NCBI GenBank assembly: GCA_052387955.1
Contig: JBQTIQ010000018.1
Coordinates: forward strand, 1,994 to 65,993
Length of the DNA stretch: 64,000 nt
Direction of reading: 5' to 3'
Source: Acidimicrobiia bacterium
Lineage (GTDB): Bacteria; Actinomycetota; Acidimicrobiia; Acidimicrobiales; JACDCH01
Shown: positions 54,579 through 64,000 of the stretch, piece by piece
Layout: every line of letters begins with the position of its first letter
Position numbering within the stretch: position 1 is the stretch's first letter
The notes under the pieces: generated by a model
The model's input: the letters and a program-made list of their open reading frames with translations, nothing else
What the model was told of the DNA's origin: nothing
The model's database searches: none
Made by a program: the position numbers and the translations under genes

Positions 54579-56003
54579 CTACGCCGGCGCCGTGCCCGGG
54601 TCGGCAGAAGGCAGGTGGAGCGCGACGCGGGTGCCGTCGGGGCCGGTGGCGATGGCCACCGTGCCGCGATGGGCTTCGACGACGGCCGCCACGACGGCCA
54701 GGCCCAGCCCGCTGCGACTTTCGGTGCCCGGTCGTGGCCCCGGTCCGCTCACGAACGGCTCGAGCACCCGGTCGCGAATGCTCGGGTCGATGCCCGGACC
54801 GTCGTCGGCCACCGTGATGACGACCTCGCCGCCGGCGGGTACGGCGGCGCTGACATCGACGCAGGTGCCGGGGGGACCGTGATGGTGGGCGTTGGTCACC
54901 AGGTTCAGCACCGCCTGGGCGATCCGGTCACCGTCCGCCCACGCGCAGGCACCAGCAGGCGGGTCGTGCACCGTCACCCCGTCGATGTCGAGCCCGGTGA
55001 GACGGAAGCGGAGATCGGCGAAGAAGCGGTCGAGGGGGAGCTCGGCGGCGACGAGGAAGCCCTCGCCGCTGGACCGGGCCAGGGCCATCAAGTCGTCGAC
55101 CAGCCGGCCCATGCGTCGTAGCTCAGCGGCCACCACCTGGCTGGCGGGGCTGGGGCCACCGGGGCGGCCGGGACCGGGGGTGTCGAGCAGCTCGAGGTGG
55201 CCGCGGGCGATGGTCAGGGGGGTGCGCAGCTCGTGGGACACGGTGGCCAGGAACCGGCGGCGGCTCTCGGCCGCCTCCTCGAGACGGTCGAGCATCCGGT
55301 TGAACTCCCGGGCCAGCAGGGCCACCTCGTCGTTGCGGGCGGGCTGGGGGACCCGGGTCGACAGGTCCTGGTCCTGGGTCGCCCGAGCGGCGGCGGCCAC
55401 CTGGCGCAGCGGGGCCAGCGCGGCCCGCAGGACGAAGGCCGACAGCGGCGCTCCCAGCGCCAGGCTGGCGCCGGCGGCCAGCCCGAGACGGCCGAGGGCG
55501 GAGACGGACTCGGTCCGGATCTCCTCCAGCGACCCGGCCACGGCGAAGGTGGCCCCGATGGGGCCCTCGCGCAGGCGGACCGGCGTGGTCAGGACCCGTA
55601 CCTCGCCCTCGACGGTGCCGACCGTCTCGAGCTGGCCCGGCGTACCCGACGGCAGCTGCCCCCGCTCAGCCAGGCGGAGCAACGGTCCGGGGCCGACAGC
55701 CGAGGTGCGGGGCGGGCCGCCGTCGAGGCGGATGATGCTGTAGTACGTGTCCGACCCCGGGTTTACCCGCAGGTACCGGTCGACGGCCTCGGCCAACGCC
55801 AGGCGTTCGTCGCCGTCGCCTCGCTGGGCGAGCACCTCGTCCACGGTGCGCTCGAAACGAGACTGCTCGCGCCGCAAGGCGCCGTCGAGGTCGTCCTGGC
55901 CGGCGATGAGCAACAGCTCGAAGGCGACGAACGTGGCCAGGGCGAGGCTGGCCATCAGCACGGCCGTGGCCAGCAGGGCCACCCGTAGGGTCAGCGAACG
56001 CAT
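54579..56003 (-). CDS. Sensor histidine kinase
   Basis: Two TM helices plus a HAMP domain, H-box VSHELRTPLT, N-box NLVTNAHHH, and G-boxes DDGPGID and GLGLAVV. Confidence 0.85.
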   Translation of the reverse strand: MRSLTLRVALLATAVLMASLALATFVAFELLLIAGQDDLDGALRREQSRFERTVDEVLAQRGDGDERLALAEAVDRYLRVNPGSDTYYSIIRLDGGPPRTSAVGPGPLLRLAERGQLPSGTPGQLETVGTVEGEVRVLTTPVRLREGPIGATFAVAGSLEEIRTESVSALGRLGLAAGASLALGAPLSAFVLRAALAPLRQVAAAARATQDQDLSTRVPQPARNDEVALLAREFNRMLDRLEEAAESRRRFLATVSHELRTPLTIARGHLELLDTPGPGRPGGPSPASQVVAAELRRMGRLVDDLMALARSSGEGFLVAAELPLDRFFADLRFRLTGLDIDGVTVHDPPAGACAWADGDRIAQAVLNLVTNAHHHGPPGTCVDVSAAVPAGGEVVITVADDGPGIDPSIRDRVLEPFVSGPGPRPGTESRSGLGLAVVAAVVEAHRGTVAIATGPDGTRVALHLPSADPGTAPA

Positions 56004-56006
56004 CGG

Positions 56007-56663
56007 TTAGCCCTGGAACCGGTAGCCGACCCCGCGGACGGTCTCGATCATGTCGGCTCCCAGCTTGCGGCGCAGGTAGCCCACGTACACCTCGGCCACG
56101 TTCGAGCCGGGGTCGAAGTCGTAGCCCCACACCTGGTCCAGGAGCTGAGCCTGTGACAGCGCTTGGCCGGGGTGGCGCAGGAAGGTCTCCAACAGGCGGA
56201 ACTCGCGGGCGCTCAGGCCCACGGTGCGGCCGTCGACCTCGGTGGTATGGGCATGCAGGTCCAGGGCGATGCGCCCGTGGCGCAGCACGGTCGCGACCGG
56301 CTGGGACCGCGAACGCAGCCGGGCGTGGATACGGGCCAACAGCTCCGAGAAGCTGAACGGCTTGACCAGGTAGTCGTCGGCGCCGGCGTTGAGGCTGGCC
56401 ACCCGGTCAGCGACGGCGTCCTTGGCCGTGAGCACGATCACCGGTAGGTCGGGCCGCTGCTCCCGCAGCCGGGCCAGGACCTCGCTGCCGTCCAACTCCG
56501 GGAGCATCAGGTCGAGCACCACAAGGTCGACGCCGGCGCCGAGGGCCAGGCCGAGCCCGCGCCGGCCGTCGTGGGCGACGAGCACGTTGAAGCCGTGGGC
56601 CTGCAGCCCCTGTTCGAGGAAAGCGGCGATCCGCACCTCGTCCTCCACCACCACTACCTTCAC
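56007..56663 (-). CDS. OmpR-family response regulator
   Basis: Receiver domain (VVVEDE, DLMLPELDG, LTAKD, KPF) plus a winged-helix domain (LSAREFRLLETFL, GYRF). The start is GTG 56663, with ATG 56702 as an alternative. Confidence 0.85.
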   Translation of the reverse strand: MKVVVVEDEVRIAAFLEQGLQAHGFNVLVAHDGRRGLGLALGAGVDLVVLDLMLPELDGSEVLARLREQRPDLPVIVLTAKDAVADRVASLNAGADDYLVKPFSFSELLARIHARLRSRSQPVATVLRHGRIALDLHAHTTEVDGRTVGLSAREFRLLETFLRHPGQALSQAQLLDQVWGYDFDPGSNVAEVYVGYLRRKLGADMIETVRGVGYRFQG

Positions 56664-56825
56664 CCCGCCCAGGTAACCCGGCGTGGGCGGTGCCGCGCAC
56701 ATCGGGCCCCGGCGGCGTCGGCGGAACAAGGCACCAGCACAGGGCCTGAGAGAAGTCTCAGCCCCCTCACAGCATCCTCTTGGCCGGCCCCGGCACCATG
56801 GCCAGACCATGGAGCCGGGACCAGC

Positions 56826-56990
56826 ATGGCGATGCGAACGACCAGAGCCGCCAAGGCCGTCGCCGCAGCCCTCGTCGCCGCCGCGCTGACGCTGGCCGGC
56901 GTCGCCCTGTCGCGCACCGACGACCCCCAACCCGTGCACGAGATCGACCTGAGGGACCACCCACCGCCCGGCCTCGTCGGCCCGCGCTGA
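56826..56990 (+). CDS. Small hypothetical signal-peptide protein
   Basis: 54 aa, MAMRTTRAAKAVAAALVAAALTLAGVAL.... It is supported only by the signal-like N-terminus. Confidence 0.2.
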   Translation: MAMRTTRAAKAVAAALVAAALTLAGVALSRTDDPQPVHEIDLRDHPPPGLVGPR

Positions 56991-57061
56991 CCGCGACGTC
57001 AGTGCTAGAGACGATCTCGGTCCTGTTGGATATCTGGCGGTAGGTTCCGCCGGCGGCCGCC

Positions 57062-60058
57062 TCAGCCGGCGCCGGCCACGATCGCCCCCGCAACCTGGTC
57101 GGCGACCGCCGGCCGGAGGGCGGCCACGCCGCCGTACAGCCACGCCAGGCCGACGCCGGGTTGGCTGCCGAGGTAGGCTGACGTCGGCTCCGGCAACCCG
57201 GCGGGGTCGGAGAGCAGGAGCGGGCCGCCCTTGGCGGCGATGTGGGCGCCACCGGCCAGGGCGTCGGGGAACTCGGTGCCGGTGGCGACGCCGACGACCT
57301 CGGGGGAGGCGAAGAAGGTGGCTGCCACCAGCGCCGCGGTCTGGTAGCGGTCGGCTCCGACCAGGGGCGCCGCGCCAGGGTCGGCGAGGGCGGCGGGCCC
57401 TCCCACCGCAGTGCGGGCGACACCGGGGTGGGCGGCCAGGTACGAGGCGGTGGCGGCGGCCTGGACGGCGCCATCGGTGAGGAGCACGGCGGCGTCGCCG
57501 TCGGCGGCGGCGGCGGCGCCGGCGGTCACCGCGTCCGGGAAATTCCTGCCCGTCACCTCGAGCACCGTGCCCGGGTTGTCCAGTCCCTGGTCGGCGACCA
57601 CCACCGCGGTGGCGAACCGGTCGTCGCCGCCCAGGCGGAGCACCGGGTAGCCCGTCGCGCTCAACTCGGCGGCGACTGCCGGGGCCAGCGCCGTCGGCCC
57701 GCCGAGCAGGTACACGGTCCCTCCGCTGTCGAGGACCCGTAGGATCTCGGCTCGGGCCCGCCCGTCGAGCTCGGCCGGACCGGTGAGCAGCAGCGGCCCT
57801 TGCCTGGCCACCGCCAGCGGGGTACCGACGAGGGCGTCGGCGAAGCTGTCGGACCGGGCCAGCACGACCGCCTCGGCGCCGCCGTCGGGGAAGCTGTCCC
57901 GGGCGATGGCGACCGCGGTGGCGACGCGGTCGTCGGCTCCGAGGCGCTGCACCTGTTGGGACCCGAAGGCGGCCAGGGCGTCGACGGCGTCGATCCGGCC
58001 GGCGCCGGCAGCCTCGGGGCCGTCGAGCATCGGCCGGGCGGTCGCCACCAGAGCCGAGCGGACCGCGGCCGGGCCGGCGACCGGGTCGCGCTGGCGCAAC
58101 AGGGCAGCCACCGCGGCCACGTGGGGCGCCGCCGCCGACGTCCCGAAGAACCGGGGCGGCGCGCCGGACAGGAACGTCGTCCGCACGCCGTCGGAGGCGA
58201 CCAGGTCGGGCTTGGCCAGGACCAGCGGGGCCGCAAGGGCGGGCGCCGGCGCCCCGCCGGTGGCAGGGCCGAAGCGCAGGGTCACCGGGCCCCGGGAGGA
58301 GAACTCCTCGACCCGGGCGCCGTCGAAGAAGGCGGTCGCGGCCACCGTGATGGCGGCGTCGGTGCCGCCGTGGCCGAAGATCTCGTGGCCGACGGTGTCA
58401 CCGCCGGTCACCGACGTGTGCTCCGGCGCCGCCGTCTGGGCACCGCTGTGAAAGACGACCATCTTGAACCGGGGCTCGGCGCCGCCGGGCGAACGGGCCA
58501 CCACGAGCTGCAGCTCCTCGTCGGTCCCGCTGGTGTTCTCGTAGGAGAGCAGCTCGACCGGGGCGCCGTTGGCCACGTTGTCGTCGAGCGATGCCGTGAC
58601 CCCGGTCGAGCCCCGCAGAAGGTAGGCGTCGAGATCGGTGACCACCCCGTCGAGCGGCTCGGCCCATTGGAGGTCGACGACCACCGATTGGCCGGCCGGG
58701 ACCGTGAACCGGTACGTGGTGTCGGTCCCCCCCGAACCGTCGAAGTCGTGACAGCCGATGTTGGGCCCCAAGGCCGGTGACGTCACTGGGCATGGTGCCG
58801 TTCGGAACGAGGGCGTCTCGTAGCCGCTGCCGGGCGCGTGCTGGTTGCCGGCGGCCGACACGTACACGGCGCCGGCGTCGCGGGCTGCGGTCACGGCCTG
58901 GGCTACCGCGCCATCCTGGAAGAACGGCTCGTCGAGGTAGGTGACGTCGTCGACGAGCACGTCGGCGCCGGTCGCCACCAGGTCGGCGATGGCGCCGGCG
59001 TAGGCGTCCTTGCCGAGGGCCGCGGTGGCGAAGGCCAACGTGGCCCCCGGGGCCAGGTCGTGGACGATCTGGAGCATCGCCCGTCCCTCGTCCACCACGT
59101 CCTCCGCCGGCCCCGGGAACTCGGCCCGCACCTGCACCGGCAACGCCCGCCCGCACGGGTTGCCCGGGCCCGGGAGGTCACCGCTGGCCACGTCCTGGGC
59201 GGCGTCGGTGGCGCCCACGGCCCGGTCGTAGCTGTCGGACAGCACGCCCACGGTGACGCCGGTGCCGTCGACACCGAACATCTCCCGGGCCAGGTCGGCC
59301 CGGAGGTGGGCGTCGCCTTCGCTGATGGCGGAACCGCACACGACCGCCGAGGGGGCAGCCGGTGCGGTGCCGGCGACCGGTCGGCCGACGCCGGCCACCA
59401 CCGGAGCGAGGGCCTCGCTCACCGCCATGACACCCTCGACGGCCGCGACCGGGCCGAGGTCGCCGGCGGCCACCCCCAGCGTCAGCCGCCGGCCCCCGTC
59501 GGCGACGTAGGTGATCGCGGCGCCGGCCTGGCGGAGACGGTCGAGCAATGCCGGGCCGGCGTCGGTGACCCGGGCGTAGACGAGGGGGCGGCCGGCGGCG
59601 TCGTGCAGCAGGCTGGCCGGGCCCCGGGCGGGCAGGCCGGCAGCCTCGGAGGCGTCCGGCGCCGACATCGGTCGGCCGGTGGCCCCGGCCGCCACCGCCA
59701 GGCGGGCCAGGCGGGGGCTGAGCCGGGCGTGCTTGCCCGCGGTGGGCGTCGCTGCGCTCCTGCCCCCACAGGCTGTCGCCGGCGGTCTCGCGGCGGCGAC
59801 GGCGACCTCCGAGCCGATCCGTTCGCACATCGCGAGCTGATGGGGCCTGGCATCGGCTGCACCCGCCAGCCCGTCACGATGGCCGGCGGCGGCGTCGCCC
59901 GTGACCAGGAGCGGGGCCGGTGGACCGGCGTTCGCCGCGCTGGGCGCGGCCACGGCGAGCATGGCTGTGGCCAGGACCGCGGCGATGAGCAGGGCTGTGG
60001 CCGGCCGGGCCCGCACGGCCCGGGCTGTCGTCGTCGCCGCAACCCGCCGACACCGCAT
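57062..60058 (-). CDS. Secreted subtilase-like (S8-type) protein with three C-terminal CWB2 cell-wall-binding repeats
   Basis: The RBS agggag precedes the ATG at 60058, and a signal peptide is present. Asp box GVTVGVLSDSYD, Asn box SAAGNQ, Ser box GTSAAAPHVAAVAALL. CWB2 motifs occur three times (R.G(A/G)DDR.ATAV, FADALVG / FPDAVTAG / FPDALAGG, PLLLTG). No canonical HGT His box is visible. Confidence 0.75.
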   Translation of the reverse strand: MRCRRVAATTTARAVRARPATALLIAAVLATAMLAVAAPSAANAGPPAPLLVTGDAAAGHRDGLAGAADARPHQLAMCERIGSEVAVAAARPPATACGGRSAATPTAGKHARLSPRLARLAVAAGATGRPMSAPDASEAAGLPARGPASLLHDAAGRPLVYARVTDAGPALLDRLRQAGAAITYVADGGRRLTLGVAAGDLGPVAAVEGVMAVSEALAPVVAGVGRPVAGTAPAAPSAVVCGSAISEGDAHLRADLAREMFGVDGTGVTVGVLSDSYDRAVGATDAAQDVASGDLPGPGNPCGRALPVQVRAEFPGPAEDVVDEGRAMLQIVHDLAPGATLAFATAALGKDAYAGAIADLVATGADVLVDDVTYLDEPFFQDGAVAQAVTAARDAGAVYVSAAGNQHAPGSGYETPSFRTAPCPVTSPALGPNIGCHDFDGSGGTDTTYRFTVPAGQSVVVDLQWAEPLDGVVTDLDAYLLRGSTGVTASLDDNVANGAPVELLSYENTSGTDEELQLVVARSPGGAEPRFKMVVFHSGAQTAAPEHTSVTGGDTVGHEIFGHGGTDAAITVAATAFFDGARVEEFSSRGPVTLRFGPATGGAPAPALAAPLVLAKPDLVASDGVRTTFLSGAPPRFFGTSAAAPHVAAVAALLRQRDPVAGPAAVRSALVATARPMLDGPEAAGAGRIDAVDALAAFGSQQVQRLGADDRVATAVAIARDSFPDGGAEAVVLARSDSFADALVGTPLAVARQGPLLLTGPAELDGRARAEILRVLDSGGTVYLLGGPTALAPAVAAELSATGYPVLRLGGDDRFATAVVVADQGLDNPGTVLEVTGRNFPDAVTAGAAAAADGDAAVLLTDGAVQAAATASYLAAHPGVARTAVGGPAALADPGAAPLVGADRYQTAALVAATFFASPEVVGVATGTEFPDALAGGAHIAAKGGPLLLSDPAGLPEPTSAYLGSQPGVGLAWLYGGVAALRPAVADQVAGAIVAGAG
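59731..59810 (-). repeat. Copy B of the ~80-nt shared element, inside the subtilase pro-region
   Basis: The reverse complement aligns with 30376-30458. Both hairpin stems are conserved, and one position pair changes in a compensatory way (C-G in copy A, T-A in copy B). Confidence 0.6.
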
Positions 60059-60235
60059 CGTTCGCTCCCTGGTCGCCGCCGCCACGGCAGCCACGGGCCC
60101 CGTTCGTCCACCGTCGCGACGTTGTTGTCCTGGTGCATCATCCCACCATCTGGCGCCGCGCCACGGCCACGACCCCGGCCGTGCCGGCACCCACTTTTTG
60201 GGGGTCGGCACGGCCCGCTCGTAACCTCGTCGGCC

Positions 60236-61021
60236 GTGCCCAACCCCGAAACCCCGCACGCCGAGCACCTCGAGGCCGTCCGGCGGGACTGGAACAGCCG
60301 GACCGAGGAATGGCGAGTCCTCTACGACGGTGGGACGTTCCTCGACCACACCATCCGCCAGCGGCTGGCCCGGGCCCTGGCCCACGTCGACGCCATCGGG
60401 GCGAGCGGGCCGGTGCTCGACGTCGGCTGCGGTGCCGGCCAGGCCCTGGTCGAGCTGGCCCAGCGGGGCCTCGAGGTGCACGGTTGCGACCTGGCCGAAG
60501 AGATGGTGGCCGAGTCCCAGGACCGGATGGCCGGCGCCGGCGTCACCGGGGACGTGCGGGTGGCCGAGGTCGAGTCGCTGCCCTACGAGGACGGGCGGTT
60601 CGCCTGGGTGACCGCCCTCGGGGTCATCGAGTACCTCCCCACCGCGACGCGGGCGCTGGCCGAGATGGCTCGTGTGCTCGCTCCTCGGGGCCATCTCGTG
60701 GTGACCGCCCCCAACCCGCTACGGCTGGCCTATCTGGCCGACCCTGTCGGGGTGGTCCGGGTGCTGAAGGCCCCGCCCCGAGGTGGGTACCGCCGGCGCT
60801 ACTTCACCCACGGCAAGCTGGCCCGCACCGTCGCCGCCGCCGGCCTCGGTGTCGTCGAGGTCGTGGGCCACGGCCTCGGCCCGTTGGCGGTGGCCCGCCG
60901 CCCGCTGATGAGCGACGCCAGAGCCGTCGCCCTCGACGGCCGCCTGGCCCGCAGGCTGCCGGCGGCGCTGGCGTCGCGCCTCGGCGCCAACCTGGTCTGC
61001 CTGGCCCGCAAGCCCCATTAG
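60236..61021 (+). CDS. Class I SAM-dependent methyltransferase
   Basis: Motif I VLDVGCGAGQ followed by motif II/III spacing. The GTG start at 60236 is proposed. Confidence 0.75.
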   Translation: MPNPETPHAEHLEAVRRDWNSRTEEWRVLYDGGTFLDHTIRQRLARALAHVDAIGASGPVLDVGCGAGQALVELAQRGLEVHGCDLAEEMVAESQDRMAGAGVTGDVRVAEVESLPYEDGRFAWVTALGVIEYLPTATRALAEMARVLAPRGHLVVTAPNPLRLAYLADPVGVVRVLKAPPRGGYRRRYFTHGKLARTVAAAGLGVVEVVGHGLGPLAVARRPLMSDARAVALDGRLARRLPAALASRLGANLVCLARKPH

Positions 61022-61033
61022 CTCTCGGTCCGA

Positions 61034-63577
61034 TCAGAGTCGGGGGTCGACCGGTTCGCTCTCCAGCGCCAGTACGCCGAAGGCGCACTCGTGAACGCGG
61101 TAGAGCGGCTCGCCGGCGACGAAGCGTTCGAGACCCTCGATGCCGAGCGCGAACTCGCGGAGGGCGAGCGACCGCTTGTGACCGAGGCGGCGCGAGCGAA
61201 GGCGCGCGAGGTTCTGCTCGGCGGTGTACTCCGGCCCGTAGATGATCCGGAGGTACTCGGGGCCGCGGCACTTGATGCCGGGCTGGGCCAGCCCCTTCGG
61301 GCCGCGGTGGATGACGTCGACGGGCTTGATGACCATGCCCTCCCCGCCTCGCCCCGTGAGGTCGTGCCACCAGGCTCAGTTGCTGCTGCCTCGCTGTCGG
61401 CGTCGTGGAGGTCGACGGCGATCGAGGCGGTGGCGCGGAAGGTGGAGGGGTCGATGTCGGCCAGTCGGGTCAGGGTGTCGAGATGCCACAGGTGATCGGT
61501 CAGCGCGTGCACCTTGCCTTCGCCGGCGAGGATCTGGAACGGGGCGAGGCGGAGGTCAGCCACTGATTCGACGGGCCAGCAGTAGCGCCGGTAGGCGCCG
61601 ACGAACTGGCGGGCCATGTCGCGGCGCGTCCCGGTGTTGGTCAGGAGGTCGTCAACGTCTGCACCATGTCGGAGCGCCGCTTCGAGAACGGCCACCTCGG
61701 CGTCGAGACTCGCAGTCGCGGCCGCTCCGACCGACGCGTACTGGCGGCGGAGCAGCTCTTCGGCCTTGGCTGACCACGGGAGCAGCTCGGCGTCGAACAC
61801 CAGCCAGTCGGTCTCCAGGGTGTCCCAGAGATCGATCGCGGTTGTCCCATCTCGGACCTTCGCAAGCAGCTCGACTTCCTGGTGCGCGTCGGTGAGGAAC
61901 GGACGACCGGTGCGGGTGAGGATCGTCCCGGCAGCGTCGCTCCCGGGAACGCCGAACCGCTTCTCGGCCACGGACGGATCGCGGCAGACGAGCACGACGG
62001 CGCGCGAACCCATGTGCTTCTCCTCGCACACGACGCGCTCGACTCCATCGCGCCGGTACGAGGCGAACGCATCGGCGGGATGCTCGAGCAGCCCCGGTTC
62101 GGTCGTTGTCGCGGTGGGTGCCATCGTCGGGGGCAGGTAGACGAGCCAGCGGGGGTCGGCGGCGAAGCGGCTCATCACTTCGAGCGCGGCGATGGCGTTC
62201 TCCTCGCCGATGGTGACGGTCTGGTTGAACCGCGTGTCGATGATCCGCTTGCCCATGACGTCGTCGAGGTCGAGATCGGTCGGTTCCCGGGTGACGTCCT
62301 CGATGACGGGGTTCTCGAGCGGACGAGCGGGTTCCCAGTACATGCGGGCGGCCGGCACCGAGACCAGGTCGCGCTCGGGGTAGCGGAGCGCGGTGAGCGA
62401 GCCGCCGAACACGCAGCCAGTATCGATGCAGATCGTCCGGTTCAGCCAGGTGGCCTCGGGCACCGGGGTGTGGCCATAGACGACCATGGCCTCGCCCCGG
62501 TAGTCCTCGGCCCACGGGTAGCGGACCGGGAGGCCGTACTCGTCGACCTCACCGGTGGTGTCGCCGTACAGGGCGAACGAGCGCACGGCACCAAAAGCGC
62601 GGCCGTGCATGTCAGCACGAAGCCCGGCGTGGGCAACAACGAGCTTGCCGTCGTCGAGGACGAGGTGACTGACGAGGCCGTCGATGAACTCGATGACCTG
62701 CGCGGTGAACTCGGGTGGTTCGGCCGCGAGCTGCTCGAGCGACTCGGCGAGACCGTGGCTTACGGTGACATTGCGGCCCTGCAGGGCGCGCTGAAGCTTG
62801 CTCTCGTGGTTGCCTGGGATGCACAGCGCATCGCCCCGGCGACCATGCCCATGGCAAGGCGCAGTACGGCAGGCGTGGCCGGTCCTCGGTCGACGAGGTC
62901 ACCGACGAAGAACGCCCGACGGCCATCGGGATGGTGCGCGCTCGTACCGGCGGTGTCGACCTCGTAGCCGAGCGTGGTCAGCAGAGAGACGAGCTCGTCG
63001 AAACAGCCGTGAACGTCGCCGATGATGTCGAACGGGCCGTGGTCGTTGCGGCGGTCGTTCCACAGCGGCTGGCGCTCGAGCGTCGCGGCGTCGATCCCAT
63101 CGACGCCCTCGAGGTTCCACACCCGGTGGAAGCCCTCGCGCCGGAGTCCCTTCATCGAACGGCGGAGCTGGCCCCGCTGGTTGCGCAGGACGTGCTTGCC
63201 GAAGTTGCGGTCGGGCCGCGTCGCGTTGCGCTCGGCGCAGACCTCCTCGGGCCACGTGGAGAACGATCGCGACAGCGAGGGTGTGGTGGCTCCTTGGCCA
63301 GCGCGACGAGCGCCTTGCGCGCTTCGGGCTGCACGTTGGTGGCGTCGATGACGGTGAGCTTCCCGGCCTCGAGGCGTCTGGCGGCGATGAAGTGCAGTAC
63401 CTCGAACGCGGCGTTGGTCGCAGCCTGGTCGTTCTCGTCATCGGATACCAGGCCGCGGCAGAAGTCCGAGGAGATGACTTCGGTCGGGAGGAAGTGGCGT
63501 GCCGCGAAGGTGGACTTGCCGGATCCGGAGAGACCGACGAGGGCGATGAGGGAGACCTCGGGGATGGCGATCTTCAT
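61034..63577 (-). pseudogene. pnkp: Polynucleotide kinase-phosphatase/ligase Pnkp (RNA repair), disrupted by four frameshifts
   Basis: Kinase P-loop GLSGSGKST, phosphatase motifs GDVHGC, GDLVDRGP and GNHE, ligase lysine motif EEKHMGSRAV, and C-terminal GMVIKP...YRVHE. These are distributed over five reading-frame segments. Shifts lie at about 63288, 63253, 62836 and 61374. Confidence 0.8.
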
Positions 63578-64000
63578 CGGTGGAACACCGCCATCTGGGT
63601 GGGACTGCCGACCTCTGGGTCGTCGGGGCCGATGCCGGAGAGCTCGACGGTGTAGCCGTGGCGTCCGGCCACGGCGCTGGTCCAGTTGGCGAACTCGGCC
63701 CGAGCCCACTCGAAGCGGTGGTCGCGGTGACGAAGGACGCCGGCGGGCATGGTCTCGAACCGCGGGTTGTACTCGATGTTGGGCGTCGTGACGATGACGG
63801 CCTTCGGGTGGGCGAACGCGAACAGGGCACGCTCGAATGCCCCGAGTCGAGGCGGGTCGAGGTGCTCGACGACCTCGATGACGGTGGCGATGTCGTAGCC
63901 CTGGAGGCGGCGGTCGCGGTAGGTGAGCGCGCCCTGTGCGAGCTCGACTCGCTCACGCTGGCAGGGTGCCATCGTGTCGAGGTGCAGACGGCGGGCGGCG
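63574..64000 (-). CDS. hen1: Hen1 3'-terminal RNA ribose 2'-O-methyltransferase (partial; N-terminus beyond the window)
   Basis: C-terminal methyltransferase segment LTYRDRRLQGYDIATVIEVVEHLDPPRL....IVTTPNIEYN....LRHRDHRFEW. The frame stays open to the window edge. The stop overlaps the Pnkp start (ATGA). Confidence 0.8.
   Translation of the reverse strand, partial: AARRLHLDTMAPCQRERVELAQGALTYRDRRLQGYDIATVIEVVEHLDPPRLGAFERALFAFAHPKAVIVTTPNIEYNPRFETMPAGVLRHRDHRFEWARAEFANWTSAVAGRHGYTVELSGIGPDDPEVGSPTQMAVFHR

Noticed and set aside
60059-60694. N-terminal 212-codon extension of ORF 57062..60694.
   Set aside because: The extension is antisense to the methyltransferase gene and its translation is non-protein-like. 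The ATG at 60058 has an AGGGAG RBS and starts a canonical signal peptide.
16056-63577. The idea that all frameshifts (relaxase, sirtuin, Pnkp) are assembly or sequencing artefacts.
   Set aside because: This is not fully rejected, because most indels sit in short G or C runs. But the lesions are concentrated in three genes while other long genes (metH, the subtilase-like protein, the S-layer-like protein, the ABC genes) are intact. The relaxase also carries a true in-frame TAG. Genuine decay is therefore the more likely reading, and read-level data are needed to settle it.

Overview
This is a very GC-rich, tightly packed bacterial chromosome segment. Gene content, TAT-type lipoprotein signals and frequent 4-nt ATGA/GTGA start-stop overlaps suggest an actinobacterium, but no taxon can be proven from the sequence alone. 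All family assignments come from motif reading of the translated ORFs; no database search was possible.

Gene content from left to right:
- 6-1791: an AbiEii-like nucleotidyltransferase with an HTH partner, next to a truncated amino-acid permease remnant.
- 2.2-12.8 kb: a large iron-siderophore locus with three substrate-binding proteins, an FhuF-like reductase, two FecCD permeases, one ATPase and a heterodimeric exporter-fold ABC pair.
- 12.9-14.3 kb: an ECF sigma factor translationally coupled to a repeat-containing membrane protein.
- 14.8-16.0 kb: a YibE/F membrane protein.
- 16-21 kb: a decayed mobile relic, consisting of a MobF/TraA relaxase-helicase pseudogene, an ISAzo13-type IS and a LuxR HTH remnant.
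- 21.3-23.2 kb: Ku plus a stand-alone LigD polymerase domain.
- 23.4-29.4 kb: metH, a PduO-type adenosyltransferase and pepA.
- 30.5-32.9 kb: a frameshifted sirtuin, then a 5.5-copy 59-60 bp hairpin tandem array, then a rhodanese-ThiF/MoeB fusion.
- 33-50.5 kb: a cell-envelope island. It carries a CAP-domain protein, rmlACBD, three GT2 glycosyltransferases, DUF2304, a Wzm/Wzt ABC-2 exporter, an ECF sigma with a long C-terminal extension, a CWB2-anchored S-layer-like protein and a peptidoglycan amidase.
- 50.6-51.6 kb: a degenerate YefM-RelE relic beside an intact VapBC pair.
- 51.6-57 kb: a PIG-L deacetylase, a CNNM transporter, a STAS protein and an OmpR/HK two-component pair.
- 57-61 kb: a CWB2-anchored subtilase-like protein and a SAM methyltransferase.
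- 61-64 kb: a Hen1-Pnkp RNA-repair cassette in which Pnkp is broken by four frameshifts.

The most interesting signals:
- the candidate secondary-cell-wall-polymer, ECF sigma and S-layer module;
- the intergenic hairpin repeat array;
- an ~80-nt element present both in a 5' intergenic region and inside the subtilase pro-region;
- the eroded Hen1-Pnkp cassette.

I found no rRNA, tRNA or CRISPR array that I can support.
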